Source: Marsupella aquatica (taxonomy: Eukaryota > Plantae > Marchantiophyta). From it: DNA of 64,000 bases. The stretch is from NCBI GenBank assembly GCA_973895155.1, contig OZ316892.1, positions 8,477,251-8,541,250 on the forward strand, given 5' to 3'. This document shows, piece after piece, positions 22,960 to 34,500 of this stretch (its first letter is position 1; every line of letters starts with the position of its first letter). The notes below the pieces were generated by a model. That model searched no databases and was not told the DNA's origin. It worked only from the letters and a program-made list of their open reading frames with translations. The position numbers and the translations under genes are program-made.

Positions 22960-23190
22960 AATTGTGAAACGGGACAGTTGGGATGACTCTCAACAACAGC
23001 AAAGCAGAGAAGAACGTGTGAATGTAGTACTATAGTAAGATTATATGACAGTTGGGACGACACTCAACACCAGCGTAGTACTGTAGGTAGATTGTGAGAC
23101 AGTTGGGATGACTCTCAACAACAGCAAGAACAGGACAGAAGTGGTGTGAGTATGAATGAACAGGAGTGTTCTGTAGGTGGTTAGAAAGTT
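22960..23190. repeat. Short repeats in the DRM1 3' region
   Basis: gacagttggga(t/c)gac.ctcaaca occurs three times (~22972, ~23048, ~23098). Confidence 0.75.
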
Positions 23191-24017
23191 GAAAATGGTC
23201 TCTGAACTCTCGGAGGGCTATTGTGGTTTTGTATAGAAGATTTTGTGAAGAACGGAGAGCGAAGTGGAGAAGTGAAATGTATTTTGCGCCTTCATACCAC
23301 AATGATCACAGAGAATGTGTCATGCACAATTTTAACGCGTGTGATCTCACATGTTTATGGTGAGGAGTAACTGTTGAATGATTGCCGCTTGTACGTTTCT
23401 CTTGTTCTGAAAATGGCACGTTTGTTCAAATACAGAGGAACGAGTGTGGTAAATGTCTCACTCGATCTGGAATGAGGAAGGAGAATATAAGCGTAAAACT
23501 CTCCGTAACATTGGTTGATTTATATCGTGCAATGATCTAAAGAAGGATGAAATTCAGTTATCAGGAGCAGGTTTGGTGGATCACTGTCACGACGATGTGG
23601 CCTGATGTGTTGTCCAAAAATGATGTGTTGTCAAAAAACTTGATCTCAGGACTGTTAAACAATCAAATACATCAAAGGACCAGCCAAAAATAGTACTCAA
23701 ACTGACTTTGTAGCAAGTCCGTACGATCAATCTACAAATTTTGTACTCGAAATAATTCTTCTTGGATTGGTTTATCTTCGTTACTGAAACTTACCATTCC
23801 ACCCTCTCTCAGCAAATGATTGTCAATGTCCAGTCAAATACCTTGTCAGTTGTCCCAGTAGTGCTTTCATCGCATTATAGTAAGTAACCAGGGCATCCCA
23901 GAAGCTCGGAAGAGGCTATAATACAGCATCAGTCTCTCGATACGAACTTTGGTTTATTCTGAGGATATGAAACTAACATAGCTTTGGTGCCCACAGTACC
24001 GTTTTTTCAATAGTTAT

Positions 24018-24197
24018 ATTCAGATATAAACAGAGAGATCTCGTTACCGAATACTCCTCCAGGCAAAGGCTGCGATGTCTCTCCAAATAATCCAGCCGTG
24101 TTTTAAGTATATATGTTAAGATATAAACACAGAGAGCTCTCCTTATAGAATCCGCCTCCATGCAAAGGCTGCACTGTCGTTCCAGATGATCCAGCAA
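24018..24197. repeat. Diverged ~97-bp tandem duplication
   Basis: agatataaaca..gagag.tctc.tta..gaat..cctcca.gcaaaggctgc..tcca.at.atccagc x2. Confidence 0.75.
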
Positions 24198-25920
24198 GAA
24201 GATGCCTAATGATCTATCAGGCTGACGAACGAGAGCGGCACCGGGAAGGGGCGCATTTGTCACCGAGAAGAGCCTGAGTTGGAGTCAGGTGGAAGTCCAG
24301 TAGGTGCTGTGGTGAAACGAGTATGGCAACCCAAGTAACCGAATCCCAAATCAATCTTGATTGATGGCAATCTCAGATGCAACACAGAATAACTTGGTGT
24401 TTTAGGGTGTCTCAACCCTATCCTTTTTCCGGGATCCTTCTGGTCACCTGAATACCTCCGGCCGCCACCCGATAATGAACACCGTGACCCAAAATCAGGT
24501 GCCCTAAAACGGGGGTCTGAACTTTGCCTCAAACCTGAACGGAGTCCAGCATAGCAAACACAACAAATATAGCGGGCACAACAATAAAGGAGAAGGAAGA
24601 AGGGGAGACACCCAAAGACAAGAGACCCAATAAAGGGGCAGGAACAAGGAAGAACCGCAACAAGACCAAAGAGCCAAAAAAATCTAGCAAAATTTGGCCA
24701 GAAATACCAACCCACAGCAAAAATACTAAAAGTCAACTAATTGGCAAACTGAAGAGCCTGGTAGAGCTCTGCAGTAAACTGCATAGGGGGGTCAGCATGA
24801 AAATTCGACTAGAGGCCCTAAAACTAACCCGCTCACCTCTATGAAGAATTTTGAATACCTGCGCTCTCTCTAGGGGAGAGACACACGTGGTCCAAACAAA
24901 GGCAGCTTGACAAAAACTGGGGGATAAGACCTCCCCTCAACACAATGTATGCAAGTCCATAAGAAGTGCCCAAAGACTGGGTGAAGCTAGAGCCCTAAAG
25001 ACCTCCAAAGCAAGAAGGAACTTTGTTTGGGCAACAAATCCCTCCCATTGTTATTTTCCCACCTGTTGGTACCTGGAAAATTGCCGAGCCGGCCCAGAGC
25101 CCAGAGTCGTGAGGTAGAGGTTTCCCTCTAGACCATAGTGTAGCTTGAATGGCAAGTTATTAGCTAGGTGCATCTTTGCCTCGGTTTGAATTTACCCGAA
25201 GGTGTTGGGTTCCTTGGTTACTAGTATGTAATCTCTTACATTTCCACATCATGATATGTAAGGTTCCCACAGTATCATGATAGTTCCCCTGCACATCAAC
25301 TCATACACTTGCATATCATGACATGCAAGGTTCTGGGAGTATCAGGACACTTGGTGAGAGCACTCCCACCAGTACACACCAAACAGCCCCACCTTCAGGA
25401 GTTTAGCAGTGAAGAGCCCATGAAACCAGGTCATGTAGAGTCTGACACCCTTGCTCGCGTACCCTGTTTTCAATGTCATTTGCAAGTGTGTCAAGTGCCC
25501 TTGCCAGCGAAGACATTTGATTGAAAACCAGAGGGCAATGGTGGTGCGCAGATGGGGGGACGGTGGGGGATTCCAAAACTGAGCCCATGAGCTGGTCCCT
25601 CTATACTTGCTTCCGGCAGGGCCCTATAGCGGGTGGGTGGGACACTGGGAGTGCTCTTACGCTTCCATATCATGACACTGTAAAACTCCTGTAACACTAT
25701 TGTGTGTCCTTCACAAGAAAACTATATCATGTCTGTGACCAAAGAGGTTTGGTCACAAAAGTTGAACTGTTGCACATGCCCTCCTTTTAGTATTATATAC
25801 TCGTTAGTATTGTACAGTACATTTTGGAGAATCGTAGACGCAGAATCGTACGCGTACAGAAAGATTTGGAGGCATTTCGGGCCCCCACCACAAATTTGTG
25901 TCCATCCCAACTGCACGAGC

Positions 25921-25997
25921 AGGGTTTAGGGTTTAGGGTTTTTGCAATCTTATAATTGTTCCTCCACTCTTCCATAATGATCGATCTCTGGCCCAAA
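25921..25997 (+). promoter_or_regulatory. Telo-box (TTTAGGG repeats) plus site-II-like GGCCCA upstream of the PPR gene
   Basis: agggtttagggtttagggttt at 25921 and tggcccaaa at ~25989. This pairing is established in plant promoters of translation and organelle genes. Confidence 0.5.
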
Positions 25998-26112
25998 GCA
26001 AAAAGCGTCGGAGACGAGCAAATCGAGAACACAGAGGAGGGATTCCGTTACAAATTCAGTAGCAGCGACGATGGTGCAGCAGGATTGACAATTTTCTCTA
26101 CGGAACTCTTCG

Positions 26113-27882
26113 ATGCACATTGCTTGCTTCTCTAACGACCGAGCTTTTGATTCACGGTTTATACTCGAGGCGAAACCTGGCTCCGCACTTATGCTGAGGC
26201 TCATTCTGGGATTGAAGTTACGAGGATGCTCTTTTCAAGGTGTCGATGATCCTTCTGGATTGGCTCTTTACAGGGGTATGCGGTCATTCCTGTGCTACAA
26301 AGGGAATCAGCAGACTCAGACTCAACAGACTGAAGAGTACTGGGGCACGACTTTGTTATCAAGGCATGAGAGCATCTCGAACGTGGAGACTCCCCCAAAT
26401 GTGAGAAGTAGGCTCGATTATCATCCATCAGCACAGGAACAGCTGATTATCAGATCACAATCTTCTGTTGAACCGAACCCGCAGAGTCCAGGTCAGGATT
26501 TCCATTTCCGTGGTCGAGAAGATAGGGCACAACTCATTGAGGAAAGCGTCCGAGTCAATTCTTCTGGCCTGAGAGTGTCGTTGAAACAGGATTTGCGTGA
26601 AGTAGGCCCTGTTTGGAATCATGTAGCTTCTGCAAACCGAAATGAAGCTATTCTTGCGACGAAGTATCCACGTCTGAAAAACAAGCAGAGGAAGAAGAAG
26701 CTCCCAGTTAGGTCGGACAAGAAGTATTGCATCTCTGGCAAGTCGGAATCGGGCAGGAAGAGCTCGGGTGACGGGACGCAAAAATCCAGACATGCAAACA
26801 ATGTCTATGTACTCAACAGAAATATTAGTATTCTCATGGATACAGGTTATCGTGAAGAGGCTTATGCCGTGTACGAGAAATTGCTGCCTGCTGGCTGTAA
26901 GCCTGACTCTTACACCTACCTACATTTGATAAAAGGGTTTTGTGATGGTGGGGAATTGAAGGAAGCCCGGGGGCTCTTCAAAAAGATTTTTGCAGAGGAA
27001 GGCATTTCCGGTGGTCGGTCTGAGGTGATGTTGTACAACGTGATGATTCACGGCCTTGGCTCCGCAGGATTTGTAAATGACGCCCTTAATCTGGTAGAGG
27101 AGATGAGAGGAAGAGGTTTTACTCCAGATGTATATACTTACAATTCGCTTCTCCACAGCCTTGGCAAAGTGAGAAAGGTTGCCGAGGCATTGAGTGTGTT
27201 CGAATCTATGGCAGGCAGGGGTTGTGCCCCCGACGTGGTCACCTACAACTCAATCATCAGTTCCCTGGGCAAGGCAGGCCGGGCGTCTGAAGCGTACAAG
27301 CTCTATGAGGAAATGATCGAGAAAGGCTGCCTTCCAGACATTCTGACGATCAACACCTTGCTCCCTATTCTGGGGAAGACAGGGAAATTAGATCTGGCTC
27401 TTAACTTGTATAAATCCATGACAACGATAGGGTGTGAACCAGATGTATACACATACACCTCTCTGGTGAGTAGTCTCTGTCGGGCTAACAGGGTAGATGA
27501 GGCATTGCTTGTCTCGGTTGAAATGACGGAGAAAGGATGTGCTCCGAATACTGTGACTTTCAATTCCTGGCTCGATGGGCTTTGCAAGGGAGGGAGAGTG
27601 ACTGAGGCTCATCTTCTTTTCCAAAAGATGTTGGACTTGGGCTATGCTCCAGATAAAATTACCTACTGCATTCTCATTGATGCCTACTGCAAAACAGGGC
27701 AATGTGTGGACAGGTCTTTTGACCTCCTGAAAAACCTCCTAAAGTGTACACGCGTTTTGGATAGGAGGACATCGGAGATTGTTTACCAAAGTTTTAAGAA
27801 GGTGGGCATGTTGAAACAGGCCAAACGAATTGAAAGGAATGCTCGAGCGAAGCTATCGCGTTGCAGTGGTCCTGATTTATAA
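26113..27882 (+). CDS. P-class pentatricopeptide repeat (PPR) protein, intronless, ~8-9 repeats after a long N-terminal extension
   Basis: 35-aa repeats such as PDVYTYNSLLHSLGK..EAL.VFE.M..RG, PDVVTYNSIISSLGKAGR and PNTVTFNSWLDGLCKGGR; true start codon uncertain. Confidence 0.93.
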   Translation: MHIACFSNDRAFDSRFILEAKPGSALMLRLILGLKLRGCSFQGVDDPSGLALYRGMRSFLCYKGNQQTQTQQTEEYWGTTLLSRHESISNVETPPNVRSRLDYHPSAQEQLIIRSQSSVEPNPQSPGQDFHFRGREDRAQLIEESVRVNSSGLRVSLKQDLREVGPVWNHVASANRNEAILATKYPRLKNKQRKKKLPVRSDKKYCISGKSESGRKSSGDGTQKSRHANNVYVLNRNISILMDTGYREEAYAVYEKLLPAGCKPDSYTYLHLIKGFCDGGELKEARGLFKKIFAEEGISGGRSEVMLYNVMIHGLGSAGFVNDALNLVEEMRGRGFTPDVYTYNSLLHSLGKVRKVAEALSVFESMAGRGCAPDVVTYNSIISSLGKAGRASEAYKLYEEMIEKGCLPDILTINTLLPILGKTGKLDLALNLYKSMTTIGCEPDVYTYTSLVSSLCRANRVDEALLVSVEMTEKGCAPNTVTFNSWLDGLCKGGRVTEAHLLFQKMLDLGYAPDKITYCILIDAYCKTGQCVDRSFDLLKNLLKCTRVLDRRTSEIVYQSFKKVGMLKQAKRIERNARAKLSRCSGPDL

Positions 27883-29411
27883 TTTGTCGTCTTTTCTTGC
27901 TCAAAAGAATGGGTATCCGCAGTTCAAAAGAGTCGCCTGCTAAGAAACAATCGAGGAGGACGATGGGGAAGCTTGCCATATCGCATTATCACCTCGGCCA
28001 CTCATTGGAAAAAATCAAATATGCTGGAAGCGGCTGAACATTACCGCACCAGACTGCTCGATTATGGAGGCCCTGTAAGTGTTTCTAACAATTTTGTTGT
28101 TTTTCCGAGAGTTCATGCGCTAGCGATCAACTCTTTTTGTGCGTGTCGTTGTTTGGCCCTGCATGTAAAGTGGAGTCACCTGTCTCGAGTTTTACAAAAT
28201 TCATTAACCAGTTTTCCTGCAGTGTTGAATCTACTGTTATACCGTAGCGCAACAAGTTTAGTATAACCTTCTGTGGGCATTTGTTTTGGCTATTTTCCTT
28301 TGAATCATTCCTTTTTTCCTCATGGCGTGTGGACAGGCCGAGGAAGATGCCACGGCTTTGCTCCGAGAAAGTCGAAGTGTGCAGCAACATGCATGAACGT
28401 TAAGTCTATGGAGCTCGAGCAGTTCACTCCGCAGCTTCTTTTACTGGCAACTCGTTCAACGATCCAAGCTCTCAAGTTGGTAGGTTTAGCTGGTTGGCTC
28501 TGTAAGGTTGCAAATCTGATCTGTCTTTTCGAAAGGGAAGTCTCTGGATGTTCTAATCCAGGTCATTATTCCCGCTGACATGCAAACAAATTCATCTCTT
28601 TTAGTGCACCATATTCATTGAAGAGGACTGGTCAATCTTTGAGGGAAGGATGCTACTGCGAACGAGAAGTAGATTCGCGTGCTGCAAGGCTCGACTGTGT
28701 CTTGACACTATGCTGTAGTTCCTGAAGTGCTAGAATGTCACAATTCTTGTTTTTTTGTCAGCTTACTTGGAAGCTGCAAGTCAGTGTTAGAATCCGGATG
28801 TGTCACCCTTTGATTCGTTCCATACAAAGAATTGGAAAGGTTATGTGTGCGCTTTCTGGTATCTAATGTTGCTTCCAAGATTGTAAGGATTTCTTTTTGT
28901 AATAGTGAATCTACAAACTGGTTGATCGGTCTTATGTCCCGATACGACCTTCAAGCTGAAGCATGATTAAGTAAGTCAATCCAACTTAGAGGGGGGGGGG
29001 TGAACAGAATATGCCAAAAATATCATCCTCACTGAATTCAGGATATATTCGGCAGAGGACCTGCATAATGAAAGAATTCAGGGAGCATTCGGCAGAGGAC
29101 CTGCATAATGAAGACGACTCGCAATGAAGGGAATCACCTCCACAGCCATCGCAAGTGCAAATGTTGCTAGTGCCCACAGTGACATGACATGCTTACAGTC
29201 ACGGGCAGCCAAGATTGCCCAGGCTCCGTTCACACAAGCTTAGACACAGAATCTGATGACTCAATCCATGTGCAAGATATAAACTCCTGCGAGAAGGTAA
29301 TTGTTGGCCAAAATAAAGACCCTCTCACTTGTCTCTCTGGGTCATTTCATGGGGCTGACACCAAGGTCATCGCCCCCCCCCCCCCCCCTCCAAACTGACC
29401 AAGTGCCACGG

Positions 29412-29776
29412 CCAGGGGTTTACCCAGAGCTGGAAAAGGGACCAATTTACTAAACAAGGCCAAACAATAACAGTGGACTAAAATCAAAAGAGGAGCTAAT
29501 GTGCAAACCCCAAAAATCTAGGAAGAGGAGAAGCCAGGGTTCACCCAGAGCTGCAAAAGGGACCAATTTACTAAACAAGGCCAAACAAATAACTATGGAC
29601 TAAAACCAAAAGAAGAGCTAATGTGCAAACCCCAAAAATCTAGGAAGAGGAGAAGCCAGGGTTCACCCAGAGCTGGAAAAGGGACCAATTTACTAAACAA
29701 GGTCAAACAAATAACAATGGACTAAAACCAAAAGAAGAGCTAATGTGCAAATCCCAAAAATCTAGGAAGAGGAGAA
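29412..29776. repeat. ~120-bp tandem repeat x3 within a larger repeat remnant (~28985-30190)
   Basis: ccagggtt.acccagagctg.aaaagggaccaatttactaaacaagg..aaaaatctaggaagaggagaa x3. Confidence 0.92.
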
Positions 29777-31570
29777 AAAGGGTATAATAGCATGCTTCAA
29801 ACTTTTAGGTCTGCAAAAAAAAAATTCCTGGCCCAAAAGTACTTGTTTCAGTCTGCAGTACATAAGTGTGTGGACATGCATTTTTGTGTCCACCATTTTT
29901 TCTCCCGACAAATGCCATTGACTGCAACCTGAGGCAAAACAAAGAGGTTTCAAGATGCCCTAGTGATTTACTAATCACAATGGACTAAAAGCAAAAGAAG
30001 AGTTAGTGCACAAACCCACGAACTAAGAAAGAGGGAAAAAAAAATGTGATTTACCACTGCAATAGTGTGATGAGCCACCACAAACTAAAAAAAAGCAACT
30101 GACCGCATATACCCCCAAACCTAGAAAGAGTAAAATTAAGATATAAATACTTACCACTTCAATAAGGTGATGATCCACGGGGTCCACGTCTGAGGTTCCA
30201 CTAGGCCCAATCTAGTGTCTTACTGAGTCTGCAAGTGGAACATGGATGTCCTCTAATAGACAATCTCATGCTCTCTGTATACATTTCTAGTACCCTAGAA
30301 AATGCACAAATTCTTGAAAAAGCTATTGTTGTGGCATCACAGGTCCCAAACAAGGCCCCATTTTTAGCCGGCCTCACTAGGCCTAAGAATACTTTTGAAT
30401 TATTTATGGAAGAAAATGTGACAAGGTATCTATTTGGGTTTCCTTCAATGCCACACTTCCATTGGACTTGTTATGTCTGAGAAGTGTTTGCTAGGCTTTA
30501 GACAGTGTGTTTTAAATTCTCCTCACCCAAAATTGTAGAGTCAGGGTGAAATGAGGATGCAGATATATACTTGGGGTAGATTTCAACATGATACTACCAA
30601 TGTTGGGTTCAATTTTTATATCTGATCACTAGAGCACTCCGAGTGATCTGCTGTATCACGTTGCCAAGAGCAAATATACTGGGACCAGTCCACTGGCCCA
30701 TTCTTTGAAGCCCCATTGTGTCCTGGTCTGTGCACCCCAGCAACATGGGCCAACATTTTTTCCTCTCAAGGCTTGCAGTCCTGCACTCCACAAGCTAGCG
30801 GGACAAAGCCCTCCAGGATTGATCAATGATTGTGATCAGTCCTCTCACTTTCAATTGAACATCTCTGCAGTTGTTCTGGCATGCTCACTCAATGCTGCAG
30901 ATTTTCTCATGGTCCAAACTAGAGCTGGTGGGTTTTGGTGAGTGTGAAACCCTGTGTGAAACTAGGATGGGTACGAACCCTAAGTGAGTCTCTTTCGAAA
31001 ACCTGGATGCAAGGGTGCCTCACCTGCTTGCTGAATCTCCCCTTGGTGGGACTGCTTGGTATGCACCAGTGAGAGTGCTCTTATAGTCCAGGCCAACGTT
31101 TTTGCTACTCACAGACAGGCCGTGGGTGTCCTAGGCAAGGGCACCAATTGCTTCAAATGTGTGGAAGATAGGATTGAGAGTTTGGTGACTGTGAAAATTA
31201 ATCAAGCCTCTTAGTGAAATGCCTATAAGTGTCAAGTTTGCTTGTTGGATTGAACTTACACATTAAATTAGGGAGTTAGCTTTAAGTAGTGCCATTCCCT
31301 CAATCAGGTAGAAAATGGGATTGTGGGCAATGTGGCACTAAGCCACATTGAGACTTGAATTGCCATTAGAAGGAGCCAATCAACATCCAAGGAAAATAGA
31401 TAAACAAGCTCATAACTATAAGAGCATTTCCTTCAAAACTTGTAAATAATAGTACTTGCTTGAGGTCTTCCATTAGGCAGTTTTGAATAGATCTCTCAAT
31501 TTAATAATTGTAACCAAAGACAATTCAATTAGATTGTGAATTTCACTTCTTACAAATATCAATTTTGTAG

Positions 31571-34500
31571 ATGCTCACATTTCTTGAGGCAAATCTCCGG
31601 GAAAATCAAATGTCCAAAATGTTGCAACCTCGCCGTCCAAGCACTTCATCATATAGGTCATGGCACAGTAGTAGCAACTTTGAAGACATGGATTGTAAGG
31701 TGGAGAGACCAACCCAGTTTGGTGTTGACTCTAGTGGGCACACTTTGGGGCACACTTGCTATCGACCTCCTTCGTTTGTTCTTCTCTCACACCAGGTTTG
31801 TCTTCATATATATTGAAAGGAATCATTTTTATGTTTAACTTGTGACACAAAGTGATGCCCCTAGGGGTAGAAAGCTCTCAAATTGGGGATACCATGAGTA
31901 TTTCACCAATGTAGGATCAATGAGATTTCGCAAAATGATTAATCTCACAATCAAATCATTCATTGAGTGATCCGAGATTGGATGCCTGGCCTGGTGTGGA
32001 TAAAGGTGTACATTATTCTTATTAACTCATCTTCAATTTATGTTCAGTGTCAGAAAATGCAAAGCAAACGTCCTCAAGAGGGAAGGCACACTTGCATGCA
32101 ATCATGAAATATTCAGATCGATAATTTTTTACATTTTTGTTAGTCTAATATATGTTTTAGTTGGTCTGTCAGACAGGGATTCTTACTCCAGACAATAAAA
32201 AAATTCAAGGTAGTAATAAACATTGGAGGGTAAGTCACAACATATGGCATTCTGAAGACATTTCAAAGATCTACAATGGGGATACCACTATGATGTTACT
32301 AAAAAAGGCATTGAGTACAAAAATAGCAATTCCTACACAACCTGAAAAAGCTCTGGAAAGTAATAGCCTTCAACACAAGCACATGTCAAACTTTCAGAGT
32401 GAATCTGTTTGGATGGAAGATTGCAATGGAGCAAGAAATAATTTGTATCAAGGGGCAACTTATTTATCAAACCCTATAGATAGTCTTGGATCCTTGCACC
32501 CAAGTATAAATAAGCTTGATGATACTAGTGGACCAAAGCAAGCATCTTATGATTCTCATCCACAACATGCTGAACACACAAGCTTTGGGTCAAAATCTCC
32601 TGCCAGTAGTTTTAGCATTCCAATGACACCATCAGTTATTGACCATCTTTGCAACAACAATCTAGATGATGGTGCAGGACATCAAAGATCTTGGCAAGAA
32701 AAAATGAATTTCTTGAACCAGGAACAAACATCCCATGACATAATAGATGCTTGGAAGGTTGATGGTATATCTTCCTTAGAAGACAAAGATTTGATGAAAT
32801 ATAATGGAGTGGGTGTATCTCTCACAAGGACCATGACCAAAAAAAATGTACTCAATGACAATATTAAAAGCATACAGGTACTATATTATATGTATGATTA
32901 GGATAGGGCTCAAACTTGCTTACAGTTTTAAACTATCCTTTCTTTCCTTCCATAAGTTTTATGCACATACAAGGTTAACTTAAACTCATGGTTTCATATT
33001 AATGGTTGTATTCAAACAAACCTATGATTTATGTTAAGCTGCCAATTGATTGTGTAATTGGCCTTCCTAGAAATTAGAGAAAATGCTTAATTTAACAAAA
33101 ACAAGATGTTAATGTTAATATTACATCTTCATGGGTAGATAAAAAGTCACCTGGACAGCTACCACTGTTATTTCCTTGAGTCTTACTTGGGGTTAATTAA
33201 CTTCTTGTTAGTAGCTAGAGCTTTACTAGACATGGATACTTTATTACTTCAAACTTTTGATCTATTTGTATAACATCCATTGAGGCCAAATCCACCCATA
33301 TGTTTTGTCTCTATTTTCCAACTTCATTGAATATATAGGTCTTTTTAATGGACATTTTCAAAATATTTACCAGCTTTGTTGGCAGGTCCAAAATTTAAGA
33401 ACCGTTACTAGAGTAATTTGAAAATACTAATGATTTCCATCTTGGTTGGTCCAGTGTTTTAGAAAATGAATTGCATACATTCCAAAAATACAGGCCACAC
33501 AATTTAATTTATTGAAAGCCATAGTGACATCTAGGACCATGGAAGACCTGAGTGTGCAGAACATTAATTCCCAGACTATGACATAAAGCCACAAAAGATT
33601 TCTCCCCAATTCATTTTTACTGCTTTATATATATAACGAGTGAACTGTGCAACAACACTTAGTTTGTAAATAACCACCTACGAGCTTTATATTCATTTTG
33701 TAGGCCAGGATATGATTTGGGACACAATCCCGGATAAGATGGGCTTTTGCATGCCTTGATTGGCAAAAGATCACTGGAGTATAGCACAGGATAGTTAAAT
33801 CTTGTAATAGAGTATACACTGAAAAGACAATGGCTTTTATTAAATGGTATTGAAATATGCACTTGGTGGTAGCATTCAACAGGGACTTCACCCCAACTTG
33901 GAGCTTGATATAAAAGATCATAGCATACGTGACGGATGCTTGAAGTGTGGGATGAAAGGATGCAATAATGAATGCATTGGTGAGGAGGAATCATATTATA
34001 TACCCATAGATAATCAACTTGGAATCTCAAGCCCCAATACCCCAAGCCAAAAGCAAGATGGGCAGTCTACGCCCTATGCAAAGTCCATGCTTTGGACAAG
34101 AGGGGAAATGCTAGGTGAAGGGGCTTATGGAAAGGTCTACCCTGACTCTAGACAATCATCCCCTTGAGAGGCTGACTAAAGTTGACTTATTGACAAGGCA
34201 ATGCACAACAGCTGTTTTCCCCAATTTTCAATCTGGCCATAATATTGGTTACTTGTATTCATGGCTCCTGGCCTTCCATCCTTGCTTCCATCTTTCTTGC
34301 CCTCTGGGTGTTGTCTTCATTGTGTTTTGCTGGTTCTTGCCATGGGTGCATTTAAGTTCACTTGGTGCACCGTGGCTATGATCCAGCTAGGTAAACTTGT
34401 TCTCCCATTCATTAAAAGCAGAATGCCAGTTACTCCAATTGATTACTGAGTGACTTCTACATGATCCTGTGTGCTTGAACTACTTATTCAGGTGTTTTCT

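Noticed and set aside
24240-25100. Possible LTR-retrotransposon leader remnant and 158-aa minus-strand ORF
   Set aside because: No LTR pair, PBS or protein motif could be identified; composition bias explains the ORF.
25921-25941. Telomere or interstitial telomeric array (also ttaggg-like at ~2176-2192)
   Set aside because: Only 2-3 units next to gene starts; better explained as telo-boxes.
30200-31180. Possible LINE 3' remnant on the minus strand
   Set aside because: No diagnostic motif is recognisable by eye.
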